Source of the DNA: Methanomassiliicoccales archaeon UBA147
GTDB lineage: Archaea; Thermoplasmatota; Thermoplasmata; SG8-5
Direction: 5' to 3'
Assembly: GCA_002496385.1 (NCBI GenBank)
Contig: DAJR01000023.1
Location: 3,651-67,650, forward strand
Length of the DNA stretch: 64,000 nucleotides
In this document: positions 46,513 through 57,148 of the stretch, one piece after another
Layout: each line of letters begins with the position of its first letter
How positions within the stretch are numbered: the stretch's first letter is position 1
Notes under the pieces: generated by a model
What the model saw: the letters and a program-made list of their open reading frames with translations, nothing else
What the model was told of the DNA's origin: nothing
Database searches by the model: none
Program-made: the position numbers and the translations under genes

Positions 46513-47529
46513 ATGGTTAAAGCAACAAAGGCGATCAGTGAATTCCTAATTAATTCAGCGAATCTAATCAAGTATCGGAATGATGTTGCTCGAAACGACC
46601 CGGAAAACCTCAGTGTTTTCACGACCAATAGATGCAACCTCTCATGCTTTTACTGCAGCCGCAATGTCTCAGACGATTCAACAGGTTCATCCAATCGTTA
46701 CGATGATAAAAGCGATTTTAAAAATCAGGACCTGACAATGATTCTTCAGAAGTATCCCGGAATTCAACATGTCTCTTTTGTGGGCATCGGTGAACCGTTT
46801 TTGAATAAGGACTTGCTGAAGATGGCTGAACAGGTGAAAAAAAGCGGCAGGACTACCTCGGTGATTACCAATGGGACCCTGTTGCACAACTTCCGGGGAA
46901 AAATCGGATCTCATTTTGACTACATATCAATCAGCTTACACGGCTTAACCGCAAAGGAATTAACCGATGTCTCTGGGGCCCCTGAAACCACATTCCGGCA
47001 ATTCATGGATAATGTTGAAAATCTGGTGAAGGAAGAGAAGGAAAAATTTCCGGAATTAAAAATCCGGGCCTCGGTGGTCTATCTCAAAGAAAATCGAGAA
47101 CGTGTTATTCAGGCAGCAGAGTTTTGCATAAAACATGGAATTACAGAAATAGATGTTCAGAATTACTTGCCGATAGGCGTTGATGAAGGCAAGAACTGTG
47201 TATTCGATGATGAAAAGGACCATATCCTGTTCATGAAAAAAATTTCAAATGAATATCGAAAAAAACTTAATGTAAACATGCCCGTTTTAATTAAACGCAA
47301 TGTTAACCGAATAAAATGGGGCTGCCAATCCTTTTACAGAACCCTGAGGGTCGATGGCTTGGGGCAGATAAGCGGGTGCACGCGCATACTTCCGCCATCA
47401 CCCAAGAACGGCAACATTCACAAAGAGATGGATGTGTGGAATAACGAATACTATAAAGATATGAGACGAAAATTTCGTACCAAGAAAGATATTCCTGAAA
47501 CGTGTAGATTTTGCCCAGATGCACAATAG
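46513..47529 (+). CDS. Radical SAM protein with SPASM/twitch domain
   Basis: CNLSCFYC, GIGEP, TNG.LL, C...C and CRFC; start uncertain. Confidence 0.85.
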   Translation: MVKATKAISEFLINSANLIKYRNDVARNDPENLSVFTTNRCNLSCFYCSRNVSDDSTGSSNRYDDKSDFKNQDLTMILQKYPGIQHVSFVGIGEPFLNKDLLKMAEQVKKSGRTTSVITNGTLLHNFRGKIGSHFDYISISLHGLTAKELTDVSGAPETTFRQFMDNVENLVKEEKEKFPELKIRASVVYLKENRERVIQAAEFCIKHGITEIDVQNYLPIGVDEGKNCVFDDEKDHILFMKKISNEYRKKLNVNMPVLIKRNVNRIKWGCQSFYRTLRVDGLGQISGCTRILPPSPKNGNIHKEMDVWNNEYYKDMRRKFRTKKDIPETCRFCPDAQ

Positions 47530-47552
47530 GAGAATTATAAGAGGATTAAATA

Positions 47553-48659
47553 TCAGTTAACTATCCCCAAAAATTTTTTAAAAAAGGAAATCCTCTGATT
47601 CTCCTTCTCTCCAAGATGAATGTGCAAGATTTCGCTTCGTTCCACCCTTTTTCCCATCCGGGCGAGTGTGAATTTCTCGATTGTGTCCAGGCTGTCTTCC
47701 ACATTCGTTGGCGCATTCGGGAGCTGCAGCAGAAACGGAGCCCCATCAGGAAAATCTGTGTCCTTGTATCCCAGTATCGTGGGCAGCCCGTGTGCCAGAT
47801 ACTCCCGGACTTTCAAAGGGCTTGCTTCGTTCATGTTCTTGCGGTGCAATGCTAAAGTAGCGATTGCCACATCTGATTTTGATAATATGTCAGAATATTT
47901 TTCGTTGTTAAGATGGCCATGAAAATGCATGTTCGTAGGGGGCGCAACAACCTCGCTGGCAGTCACGCCCACAAGTTCAAATTGCCAGGTCGGATAATGT
48001 TTGGCAATCACACAAATTTTATCAATTCCATGCCACGATTGTCCCGGAGTCCCCATAAAAAATAATCTTGGCGAGTTGTTGTTTGGAGCTTGTGATGGTG
48101 AGATTTTGTCTATATCGATTCCGTTGGATATCACCACACCCAGTTTTTTATACCTTGAGAAATAAATTTTCAGTTCATTACTTAGAAAGACGAAACCGCT
48201 GAGGCGGCTATAAAATCGATTACGGGAAAATAGATAGTAGATGAACCTAATGTATTGTTTTTGTTTCAGCAAATATGATTTTATCTCCGCGTAGTCATCC
48301 GAATTAATCTCCATGATAGATGGAAATTCGGAAACAATCCTGTTGATGAACGGATAAGGCCAAGAAAATCGCAAATACAGCATATCTGGTTTCCACGGAA
48401 GGATTTTTTCAAGGAGTAAATTACGGTTCATCTTGTCCGAGAATTTTTGAGTTAACGTAATTTCAACGTTTAAATCACTCAGACCGCTCCAGCACTCCTT
48501 GCTTTGGGCTGCAACAAATAATTTAGCTTCGTGTCCTTTAGTTATCCAGTAATGCATTTGCGCAGCAATCTTCTTCAGTACGCCCGTTTCCTGATTGACA
48601 TCCTCGCATATCACATAGGCGATTCTTAAGCCTCTAGGCATGCCATTCGATTTGTTCAT
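47553..48659 (-). CDS. GT4-like glycosyltransferase
   Basis: GV.KKI, NGID, WHGID, SPLKVREYLA.GLP. Confidence 0.82.
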   Translation of the reverse strand: MNKSNGMPRGLRIAYVICEDVNQETGVLKKIAAQMHYWITKGHEAKLFVAAQSKECWSGLSDLNVEITLTQKFSDKMNRNLLLEKILPWKPDMLYLRFSWPYPFINRIVSEFPSIMEINSDDYAEIKSYLLKQKQYIRFIYYLFSRNRFYSRLSGFVFLSNELKIYFSRYKKLGVVISNGIDIDKISPSQAPNNNSPRLFFMGTPGQSWHGIDKICVIAKHYPTWQFELVGVTASEVVAPPTNMHFHGHLNNEKYSDILSKSDVAIATLALHRKNMNEASPLKVREYLAHGLPTILGYKDTDFPDGAPFLLQLPNAPTNVEDSLDTIEKFTLARMGKRVERSEILHIHLGEKENQRISFFKKFLGIVN

Positions 48660-48857
48660 TCTTTAGTGCAACCGATTTTATATATATATGATTAACTAGT
48701 TGCAGATTTGCATCCAAAGCGCGAAAATGTCACTATCGAGAGTCAAGATTCATCGAATTCAAATCACAACGAGCAAATGTTATTATATCGCTCATTCATC
48801 CCTTCAACTGATGCTTAGCGTTCTACATTACTGGTGTTTTACATCGAAAGGAGGCAA

Positions 48858-49949
48858 ATGAAAATGAAAGTGCTTTTCAACCTCCCGTCCATACCGCAAT
48901 ATTCCGCAATATTTCAAACACTAAAATGCCTGGCGAAAAGGCTGAACTCATTGACCGTGATTACAAACGAGGTTGATTCACAATATCTCAATGACACTCC
49001 ACCCAATCTTCAGCTTTTACAACTTCCAAGGTCGAAACTTCGATTTTTAAACGGACTCATTTATAAGAGCGAATACCACAAATGCGATGTGATTCATGAT
49101 ACATTCGGTTACTTTCTTCCCATTGGGATTTTGACCAAATTTTCCAAATCAAAATACATCACATCGGGCTGGGGTTGCTCAGCCAGTTGGTATTACAAAG
49201 CAAAGGAGATTGGATTTGAAGACGAAGAGGAATTGAACCTCCATCGCCGGCTGATGTTCCGGGAACACATAAACACAATGCTTTGCAAAGCCATATTAGT
49301 AAATAGCCCCTCTTTTACTAAAGATTATGCCGAGTTTTATGGATATTCAAAATCCAAGATGTTCGAGGTTCCCGAACCAGTCATAATAAACCAGGAAACA
49401 CGATATGTCAGTAAACAAGATAAAACATTCAACATCCTATATCTAGGAAATATATCCAAAATGAAAGGTATTCATGTTCTTCTTGAGGCGTTTGAAAAAC
49501 TCTTGGAGGCAGGCCACGATGCAAAACTCACTGCCATAGGCAAATACATCCCCCACGATAGACATATTATCGAGCAACGTTCCTGGAAGAACGTTGATAT
49601 CTTAGAACCGGTGGGGCACCATGAATTGTCCAAATACTTCCAAAAAGCAGATTTATACGTGCACCCTTCATACCAAGAAGGGATGCCCCGGGTCGTGATG
49701 GAGGCGCTATCATATGGCGTTCCGGTGGTTGCATCTGATTTACCTGGGATAAGAGCAATTGACGGGAACAGTGATTTAATAAGGTTCATGGAAAATTATG
49801 ATTCGAATAATCTTAAAAACATCCTATGCGATGAGTTAATCCACCCCAGGAAAAATGCAAATTATTTCCGAGATGCCAGAGCAAGAATGGCGGATTTTTC
49901 TCCCGAAAAAATAGCCGATAAGATTTTCAAGATATATGAAATGTTATAA
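48858..49949 (+). CDS. GT4 glycosyltransferase
   Basis: KG...LLEAF, ADLYV.PS.QEG.P.V.MEAL..G.PVV; GGAGG RBS. Confidence 0.88.
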   Translation: MKMKVLFNLPSIPQYSAIFQTLKCLAKRLNSLTVITNEVDSQYLNDTPPNLQLLQLPRSKLRFLNGLIYKSEYHKCDVIHDTFGYFLPIGILTKFSKSKYITSGWGCSASWYYKAKEIGFEDEEELNLHRRLMFREHINTMLCKAILVNSPSFTKDYAEFYGYSKSKMFEVPEPVIINQETRYVSKQDKTFNILYLGNISKMKGIHVLLEAFEKLLEAGHDAKLTAIGKYIPHDRHIIEQRSWKNVDILEPVGHHELSKYFQKADLYVHPSYQEGMPRVVMEALSYGVPVVASDLPGIRAIDGNSDLIRFMENYDSNNLKNILCDELIHPRKNANYFRDARARMADFSPEKIADKIFKIYEML

Positions 49950-49951
49950 AA

Positions 49952-51736
49952 TCATACATACCAAACAGAGTTTCCGGGTGATGAGTATACACGATTCATG
50001 TCCCCGTCGCAATAATGGAGGATTTCATTAAAATGCTCAGTCCTCTCTTCCAATTTAAACATAAAACAGGTTGAGTCAGAAATAACGATAAAAGTACCAC
50101 CCGAATCGAGTGTGGGCGAATCGGGATTGAAATCAATTAAACGGAGAAATATCAACTTTCCGGGAGCATGTCTCTCCCAGATATAATTTATGTATACTTG
50201 ATTGTCCCAATAACGGTAAACATATGCGGAATCAACATGCCCAACTGTAAATGAATAGCGTTCTTCGTCTTGAGGTGATTGAAAATATCCCGCCTGGTTG
50301 TAATGATACGCTAGAGAGCCAATCATCGGAGACAACATAATTAGAATGATTAATGCCGACATGAACTTCGTTTTATCGATTCTTCCGAGTCCTTTCAGTC
50401 GATTTTTGATATCATCTGGTAAAAGATAAATAAGCATGAGAATGCTTCCAAATCCAAGGTATAAAAAAGAACGATCCCCCATATTTAACGACGGATATAA
50501 GATATTACCAATTGTAAGAATGCCTGTTGAAAGAAACCCGCCTAAAATAAATAAATTTAAACCCGTGAATTCCTTCTTCTTAAACATCTGAAAGGTTCCA
50601 AATGATGCTATAAAAGCAAAAATTCCCAAAACATATAACCGCATGAGTTCTGCCATTGCAAAATTTCCACCCAATCTTTCAACACCTAAAATTCCGGCTT
50701 GTTGAATTCCTGAATTAAAAATTCCGATTCCGTGAATATTAACTTTGCAGTTGATGACCGCCTGTAATCCCAAATTACTGAACATTGAAAAGATTAAATT
50801 ATAAAATAAAGGATTGAGAATGCTCATTCCAATCAGAAAATAGATTGCTACTGGCATGTATGTATTCAGAGAAGTTCTGGCCGTCTTGGTAGATTTTAAA
50901 CCGTAGTGCATGAAAGCGGTGAAAGCATAGGCAAGTGCAATGTATATTGTTGTGGGCCCATGAGTGAACATCAGAAATGAAAATAAAAGTAGCTGAAGAA
51001 GAAAATTATTACGGATATTCCTTGCGGGAACAATAATTGTATAAATTAACAATGGTAGAATTATGAGACCGAAAGCATGGGGAGAATAATGAAATTGAAA
51101 ATATGGAATAGACATGATCATCAATATCATGATTATTCTTGCTTTTGTCAGAGGCATCAATTTTTTAAATAGGAGGTACATGCATGTAAAAAACCAAAAT
51201 GGCATCAGAATCCTAAAAATGGATAGCAACGGCACTGTTGCTGCCAAATCCACCCCGAGCAATACCACAAGAATTTTGGTGAATATGAAAGAGCCGAAAT
51301 ATAATTGGGGGTATGTAGCCAGGGGATCATTGGAAAAGAATAGATTTGACGAATTTGCAAGATTAATTCCATTGAAATAATGTCCATATGCATCCGTGGT
51401 GCCCACAGGATTGTGCAGAAAGAACGATTCCATGTTGATGAACAACATGATGAAAATGCTCATCGCAATGAAGAAGCAGTATCGTTTTTTATTTGTAATG
51501 TTAACAGCCATCAGAACGAAAGAGAGTATTAGGGCAAGCCAATACTCGGCCGGGATCAAGCTTAAAATGCCAAATTGTGAGTCCGATGGGAACTGGAGGA
51601 TTGGATTATGAAACATGAATGCAACCATCGCCAATGCCAATGAAACAAGGACGGTCAGCAACATTCCGTTGGTTGTTCGCATCCAGTTCATGATGCGATT
51701 TCCTGCATTTTCTAGGGCATCAACCATGATATTCAC
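49952..51736 (-). CDS. Polytopic membrane protein, GT-C/DUF2206-like
   Basis: D..GH loop, YP..Y.G, P..F, TH, DR; many TMs; very AT-rich. Confidence 0.6.
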   Translation of the reverse strand: MNIMVDALENAGNRIMNWMRTTNGMLLTVLVSLALAMVAFMFHNPILQFPSDSQFGILSLIPAEYWLALILSFVLMAVNITNKKRYCFFIAMSIFIMLFINMESFFLHNPVGTTDAYGHYFNGINLANSSNLFFSNDPLATYPQLYFGSFIFTKILVVLLGVDLAATVPLLSIFRILMPFWFFTCMYLLFKKLMPLTKARIIMILMIMSIPYFQFHYSPHAFGLIILPLLIYTIIVPARNIRNNFLLQLLLFSFLMFTHGPTTIYIALAYAFTAFMHYGLKSTKTARTSLNTYMPVAIYFLIGMSILNPLFYNLIFSMFSNLGLQAVINCKVNIHGIGIFNSGIQQAGILGVERLGGNFAMAELMRLYVLGIFAFIASFGTFQMFKKKEFTGLNLFILGGFLSTGILTIGNILYPSLNMGDRSFLYLGFGSILMLIYLLPDDIKNRLKGLGRIDKTKFMSALIILIMLSPMIGSLAYHYNQAGYFQSPQDEERYSFTVGHVDSAYVYRYWDNQVYINYIWERHAPGKLIFLRLIDFNPDSPTLDSGGTFIVISDSTCFMFKLEERTEHFNEILHYCDGDMNRVYSSPGNSVWYV

Positions 51737-51748
51737 GAAACCATTTAT

Positions 51749-52927
51749 CTATTTTAATGTGTTCATCGAACCCCGGCAGCCTTCACTTGCCAACTCAAGG
51801 TATTTTTTCAGGTATCTTTTTGTCGAAAAATTATCCTGGAATACTCGAATTATCGTGTCCCTGGGGATGTTCGGCCGGTCAATTGTGGCGAGCCTCGTTC
51901 CCAAGTCTCCGACCGGAATGACCAGCTTCTCAGATATCTTGCCCACAACCTCCTTCGTCCCACCCATGTCCGAGCATATCACGGGTGTTCCGAGGGACAT
52001 GGCCTCCAGCGCCACCAGCGGACAGTTCTCCGGCCAGAGTGAGGGAATCAATACTGCATTGGCGTCCCTGACGTACGACCATTTGTCCCTAACCCATCCA
52101 AGGTACTGGATTCGTGGAGAAAGATTCTCATCCCGAATCCTCCTGGTGATTTCGTTCGCCAGGCTGCCATTGCCGATGATTAACAACGTCTCCTTGTTGT
52201 GGGTGAATGCATCCAGAAGCTCCATGACACCCTTGTGCGGTTCCATGACTCCGATGAAAAGGAAGAAGTCGGATTTTCCTGAATTCACGATTTTTTCTGG
52301 CGGGTCCGGAACGAAGTTTGGCAGAACAGTAGTGTTATTCACTATGCCTTTCAATTGTTCCTGCATGAAACCAGATGGGCAGATGACGCAATCCAGCTCT
52401 TTTGTGTTTAGCTTGCTCCTCCAGAATTGGGGGGGTCTTCCCGAAGAGATGACGCAGGATTTGCATCTTCTTTCCTTGCAAAGCCGGCCTTTTCTCATCA
52501 TGTCATTTCTCTGGCAGGCCAGCCAATAATCGTGAGCCGTGTACATCTGCCTATACTCAGCCAGTTTCTGAAACAGCCCATGCCCCAGAAGGGAGATGTT
52601 GTGGTGATGTACAACATTGGGATTCACCTCATCGACCAATTTTCGGTATTGTTTCAACACATAGCTTGAATTACCAAAGGCATAAGCTTTCAGTGGGGTC
52701 AACCTTCCGTAGGGAGATTCCAGAGAATGAACCTGGACTCTGCCATGTTTCAGGGATTCGGCTTCATTCCTCCTCTTCAGCCGGTAAGCGTCCCTGCTGA
52801 ACATAACATGGACTTCATGCCCGCGTCTTGCCAGTTCCTCGGCAAGGTATTTCACATGAACGGCATCGCCACCCAGATGATAGGGGGGATAGAACGTGCT
52901 GGTCATGACAAATCGCAGGGTTTCCAT
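51749..52927 (-). CDS. GT4 glycosyltransferase
   Basis: FYPPY..GG, HDYWL.C, Cys-rich insert, PSLWPEN.P...LEA. Confidence 0.88.
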   Translation of the reverse strand: METLRFVMTSTFYPPYHLGGDAVHVKYLAEELARRGHEVHVMFSRDAYRLKRRNEAESLKHGRVQVHSLESPYGRLTPLKAYAFGNSSYVLKQYRKLVDEVNPNVVHHHNISLLGHGLFQKLAEYRQMYTAHDYWLACQRNDMMRKGRLCKERRCKSCVISSGRPPQFWRSKLNTKELDCVICPSGFMQEQLKGIVNNTTVLPNFVPDPPEKIVNSGKSDFFLFIGVMEPHKGVMELLDAFTHNKETLLIIGNGSLANEITRRIRDENLSPRIQYLGWVRDKWSYVRDANAVLIPSLWPENCPLVALEAMSLGTPVICSDMGGTKEVVGKISEKLVIPVGDLGTRLATIDRPNIPRDTIIRVFQDNFSTKRYLKKYLELASEGCRGSMNTLK

Positions 52928-52966
52928 TTCAATTATCCTCGGCGGGCATGCTCCTGAGATGCCTTC

Positions 52967-54397
52967 TCAATGAGCGTGCTCCATTCTGTGAAGCATGAAG
53001 TTGTTTATTATCTTAATTGAATATTTCACTGCCATGTTGAAATCGTCCGGGTTTCGGAGAACGTGCTTGATGTTTTCCAGGTACCAAACCGGGTAAGTGT
53101 AGAGCGCCTTGTAAGCCATGTACCGGGCCTTGTTCAGGTTCTCTGGTGACATCTCCTCCGTTCCGACGACCGACTCATGCTGATATAGCTGGCGCCAATC
53201 CATCTCCTTTATCAGGCCTTTCTCCAGCGCCCATTTGTGAAGCTGGGTGCCCGGATACGGAACGGCAACGTTGAATTGGACACCTGTCGGCAGTGTTTCC
53301 TTGATGAAGTCGATTGTCTCCTGGACGGTTTCCCATGTCTCGCCCGGAAGCCCAAATATGAAGCTGCAAAGGACCTTGATGCCGTGCTTCTTGGCCAGCC
53401 GGATTGACTCCTTTGCCTCTGCGACGGTTATCCTCTTGGAGGCTGCGTCCAGAATCTTCTGACTGCCCGATTCGATGCCGATGGACATTCCCCTGCAGCC
53501 CGCATCCCTCATGGCTATTACCAATTCCTCATCCAGTAGGTTGGCCCTGGTGTTGCAGTACCACTTGATGTCCATGTTTTCCTTGATCATTGCATTGCAA
53601 AGGGCCATCACCCTTTTCTTGTCGATGGTGAAGGTCTCGTCGAAGAAGGAGACCAGCTTTATGTCGTACTTCTGCTTGAGAAATCTCAGCTCTTTCATGA
53701 CGCTCTCGGCTGAACGCGGCTTCCAGGGGGTGCCGGCGACGGTGCAGTATATGCATCTGTACGGGCAGCCGCGGCTGGTGTACAGAATGGTGAAAGCCTC
53801 ATCCGTTGGTGTGTTGATGAAGTACGGCTCAAGGGATTCCAGCAGGTCATAGGCGGGCATCGGCAGCTCATCCAGGTGGGCAATCATCTCTCTAGTCGGC
53901 GGATTCAACCTAACTCCATCGGGGCTATGCCAGGCCATGCCGCTGACGCTTTCGGCATCCGGCAGCTTATCTATGATGGCCGGAACAACGGACTCATAAT
54001 CCCCTGTAATAAAGAAATCAAGGTCCGGAACCGCGTTCATGACCTCCTGCGGAACTTTATTCAGGGACCAGCAAAGTCCTATTGTTTTCATCAAGGGATT
54101 GGCCTTCCTGGCCATGGCGCAGATGTACGTGTCATGGTCGAAGGTCGTGGGCGTGAATCTGAATATCAGCACATCAGGTTTTACATCTATCAGTTTCTTT
54201 TCGACATGTTCGAATGATATGTCGAAACCATTAGCGTCTATGAGCATGACATCATGCCCCCCCGTCCTCAAAATCGCAGCGAGCTGAAGCAGACTGTAAG
54301 GCTCCAGAACCGAGTATCGCTCGGTGATCTCGCAGCGTTCCTCGCGGATGACTGGCAGCCCTTCGAATCTGGGGGGGTTGACAAGCATAATCTTCAT
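52967..54397 (-). CDS. Cobalamin-binding radical SAM protein
   Basis: LVNPP, B12-binding N-domain, SRGCPYRCIYC, FFDETF, GIESG, FGLPGET, PYPGT. Confidence 0.9.
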   Translation of the reverse strand: MKIMLVNPPRFEGLPVIREERCEITERYSVLEPYSLLQLAAILRTGGHDVMLIDANGFDISFEHVEKKLIDVKPDVLIFRFTPTTFDHDTYICAMARKANPLMKTIGLCWSLNKVPQEVMNAVPDLDFFITGDYESVVPAIIDKLPDAESVSGMAWHSPDGVRLNPPTREMIAHLDELPMPAYDLLESLEPYFINTPTDEAFTILYTSRGCPYRCIYCTVAGTPWKPRSAESVMKELRFLKQKYDIKLVSFFDETFTIDKKRVMALCNAMIKENMDIKWYCNTRANLLDEELVIAMRDAGCRGMSIGIESGSQKILDAASKRITVAEAKESIRLAKKHGIKVLCSFIFGLPGETWETVQETIDFIKETLPTGVQFNVAVPYPGTQLHKWALEKGLIKEMDWRQLYQHESVVGTEEMSPENLNKARYMAYKALYTYPVWYLENIKHVLRNPDDFNMAVKYSIKIINNFMLHRMEHAH

Positions 54398-55608
54398 CTG
54401 CTCCCCCCGAGGATGGAAAGGAACATTTCCCGAGTGAGCCGAACCGTTCCCTTCAGGGAAAAGTCCCGTGCGATATGCTCCTTTGCCTCATGGCCCAATT
54501 TCGCCCTGAGCGCAGCATCGCCTATCAAAAGGTTCATGCTATCAGCCAGTTCATTAGAGTCCCCTGGGTTCACGAGGTAACCGTTCTTGCCATGATTGAT
54601 GATCTCCGGTATCCCTCCCACCCTGGACGCGACACAGGCATTTCCGCAGGCCATGGCCTCTAAAAGTGAGAAGGGCATGCTCTCGCTTATGCTGGGTAGA
54701 ACGAATATGTCCGCTTGACCAAGGATTTCAGGCATCTCCTCGTATTTCCTTTGGCCGAGGAACGTGATAGCAGTTTCAGGCACACCGCTATCTTTCGCGG
54801 TTTGGGACCACTGACCAACATTTCCGCCACCGACCAAGGTGAGGTGCGTTTCGGGATTTGCCTTATGTACCGCAGCGAAAGCTTCCATCAAATTATTCAG
54901 TCCCTTCAAGGCAAGTAATCTTCCACAGTACAGGATGTTCAACCGTTCCGGGTGGGGTTCATCGATATGGCGGCGGTTGAATCGTTCCAGGTCAACTCCA
55001 TTTCTGATCGTTTTACTGCTGGGAACTTGTTTTTGGAGTATCCATTCAACATCTTTCCGGATGAAATCAGATACGAAAATCATGTTCACGGTGTTCTTCA
55101 AGTAATATCTCTCCACCACGCTTAGGAATGGATATCCCATCCTTACCATCCTTTCAGACTTATCCATGTGCTGGAGATCTCCAGATGATTGTTTGGTGCC
55201 CAGAAATTGACTCGATATGGTTGTATGGGCTGTCGTTATGCTGTTGCACTGCAATCTCCTCAGCTTCAACAAAAGGTCTGGCATGTGGGCATGGTTGGAA
55301 TGGATTAGGTCGAATTTTTCCTTTTCCAACAGAACAGGGAGCCGTCTGGCCACGTTCAATTGATATATTGCATTGTAGAAAAATCGATCTTTGGCTGTGC
55401 TGAGTATATGAATTTTCACGCGGCCGTTGAAATAATCCTCTATCGCCCTAACGGTGGGCGCCTGATTCCCCCCTCGCAGCGTGGTGAATACATGAATTTC
55501 ATCGGATAAGGATAGTTCTCGGGCGAGAAGTATCGAATATGTGCCCACCCCGCCCCAGTTGGGAAGGAACTCGGGGGCGAGCATGGCTATCTTCAGGGTT
55601 TCCATCAA
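54394..55608 (-). CDS. GT4 glycosyltransferase
   Basis: EF.P.WGG.G.Y, NGVD, GRL...KG, PS.SE..P..LLEAMACG. Confidence 0.9.
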   Translation of the reverse strand: MMETLKIAMLAPEFLPNWGGVGTYSILLARELSLSDEIHVFTTLRGGNQAPTVRAIEDYFNGRVKIHILSTAKDRFFYNAIYQLNVARRLPVLLEKEKFDLIHSNHAHMPDLLLKLRRLQCNSITTAHTTISSQFLGTKQSSGDLQHMDKSERMVRMGYPFLSVVERYYLKNTVNMIFVSDFIRKDVEWILQKQVPSSKTIRNGVDLERFNRRHIDEPHPERLNILYCGRLLALKGLNNLMEAFAAVHKANPETHLTLVGGGNVGQWSQTAKDSGVPETAITFLGQRKYEEMPEILGQADIFVLPSISESMPFSLLEAMACGNACVASRVGGIPEIINHGKNGYLVNPGDSNELADSMNLLIGDAALRAKLGHEAKEHIARDFSLKGTVRLTREMFLSILGGSR

Positions 55609-55697
55609 TCGCCAGTAGTTGGGTTGTCTATATATTCTTTTTGATTTTTTGCATTGGAAAATGATTAATATCCATGCCGCACTCTCAACCCGTTACC

Positions 55698-56636
55698 ATG
55701 AAATACCTGATAACCGGCGGCGCCGGCTTCATTGGCAGCCACCTCATCAATAAACTTGCTGGGAAGCACGAAATTGTGGTTCTCGACGACCTGAGCGAGA
55801 GCACCACCGACATGATACGGGCCCACATCGACAGCGGTGCAGTCAAATTCATAGAGGCCAGCATATCCGACACAAAAACCCTGGACTCTGCAATGGGGGG
55901 TGTTGACACAGTCTTCCACCTTGCCGCCCACCGGGATGTTCGCGCGGGCGCCGAGAACCCGGCCAAGGACATGGACAATGGCATCCTGGCAACGTACCAG
56001 GTTCTGGAATCCATGAGAAGAAAAGATGTCAAAAGTATTATTTTTTCATCAAGCCAGACCGTGTACGGGGAAGTGTCCGACGAACCAGTCTCTGAGAATT
56101 TCGGACCAATGGTGCCAATCTCGATATATGGCGCCTCCAAGCTGGCCTGTGAATCCCTGATAATGGCCTATTCTCACACATACGGCATGAAATCCTGGAT
56201 TTACCGGTTCGCCAATATCGTGGGGGAAGGCGGGACCCACGGCGTCATTCCCGATTTCATCCTGAAGCTGAAGAAAGATCCGAAAAGGCTTGAGATACTG
56301 GGGGACGGCACCCAGACCAAGCCCTATCTGGAGGTGGGCGATTGCGTGGGCGGGATGCTCTTCGGGTGGGAGAACTCGCACGACAGCGTGAATCTTTTCA
56401 ATCTGGGCACCGAGGGATGGACCAGCGTGACCAAGCTCGCGGAGATGGTGGTCGAGGAATGCGGCCTGAAGGACGTCGAGTTCCATTACAGCGGCGGGAA
56501 GCGCGGCTGGGTGGGCGATGTGCCCAGAATAAGGCTGTCCAGCGATAAGATACGGAAGCTAGGGTGGACTACAAAATACGATTCCGACGAGGCCGTCAGG
56601 GTGGCGGCCAAGGCACTGTACAAGCAATTGTGGTAG
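55698..56636 (+). CDS. NAD-dependent nucleotide-sugar epimerase/dehydratase (GalE-like)
   Basis: TGGAGFIGSH, SS..VYG, YGASK, RFAN.VG, GDG.Q.K.Y. Confidence 0.9.
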   Translation: MKYLITGGAGFIGSHLINKLAGKHEIVVLDDLSESTTDMIRAHIDSGAVKFIEASISDTKTLDSAMGGVDTVFHLAAHRDVRAGAENPAKDMDNGILATYQVLESMRRKDVKSIIFSSSQTVYGEVSDEPVSENFGPMVPISIYGASKLACESLIMAYSHTYGMKSWIYRFANIVGEGGTHGVIPDFILKLKKDPKRLEILGDGTQTKPYLEVGDCVGGMLFGWENSHDSVNLFNLGTEGWTSVTKLAEMVVEECGLKDVEFHYSGGKRGWVGDVPRIRLSSDKIRKLGWTTKYDSDEAVRVAAKALYKQLW

Positions 56637-56638
56637 CC

Positions 56639-57148
56639 CTACAATGTCTTCGCGTACTCGAACACATTCCCGGCTTTCAGGATGTCCTTCTGAACCGTTG
56701 ACAGAGGCTTCAGCTTTCCGATCGCCTGCCCGCCTGCTTTGATTGTCCCGGCCTCCGAGTCCATTTCAACAATGTCTCCGGACTTGACCTTGGCCAGGTC
56801 GATATCCTTGATTGTCAGTATCGGGAATCCGGAATTGATTGCGTTTCGCTTGTATATCGCGCCGAACGATTGCGCAGCCACACATATTATCTTGAGCGCG
56901 GCAAAGCAATCCACCGCATGCTGCCTTGAAGAACCCGAACCGAAGTTCTGGCCCGTGATGACGATATCCCCGGGCTGCGCCTTCTTGGCGAAATCCCTAT
57001 AGCCCTCCAGGTTGTCGAAGGCATACTGCCCCATTTCCGCAATTTCAGTGATTGCCAGGTACTTGTTGTGGAATATCATGTCCGTGTCTATATCGTCAAT
57101 AAGCTTGCCCTGCCTCAGCAGCACCCAGGCCCTTCCTTTGAATATCAT
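56639..57148 (-). CDS. Aconitase-family (LeuD/HacB-like) small subunit
   Basis: DIDTD, NFGSGSSRQHA, SFGAIY.RNAIN.G. Confidence 0.88.
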   Translation of the reverse strand: MIFKGRAWVLLRQGKLIDDIDTDMIFHNKYLAITEIAEMGQYAFDNLEGYRDFAKKAQPGDIVITGQNFGSGSSRQHAVDCFAALKIICVAAQSFGAIYKRNAINSGFPILTIKDIDLAKVKSGDIVEMDSEAGTIKAGGQAIGKLKPLSTVQKDILKAGNVFEYAKTL

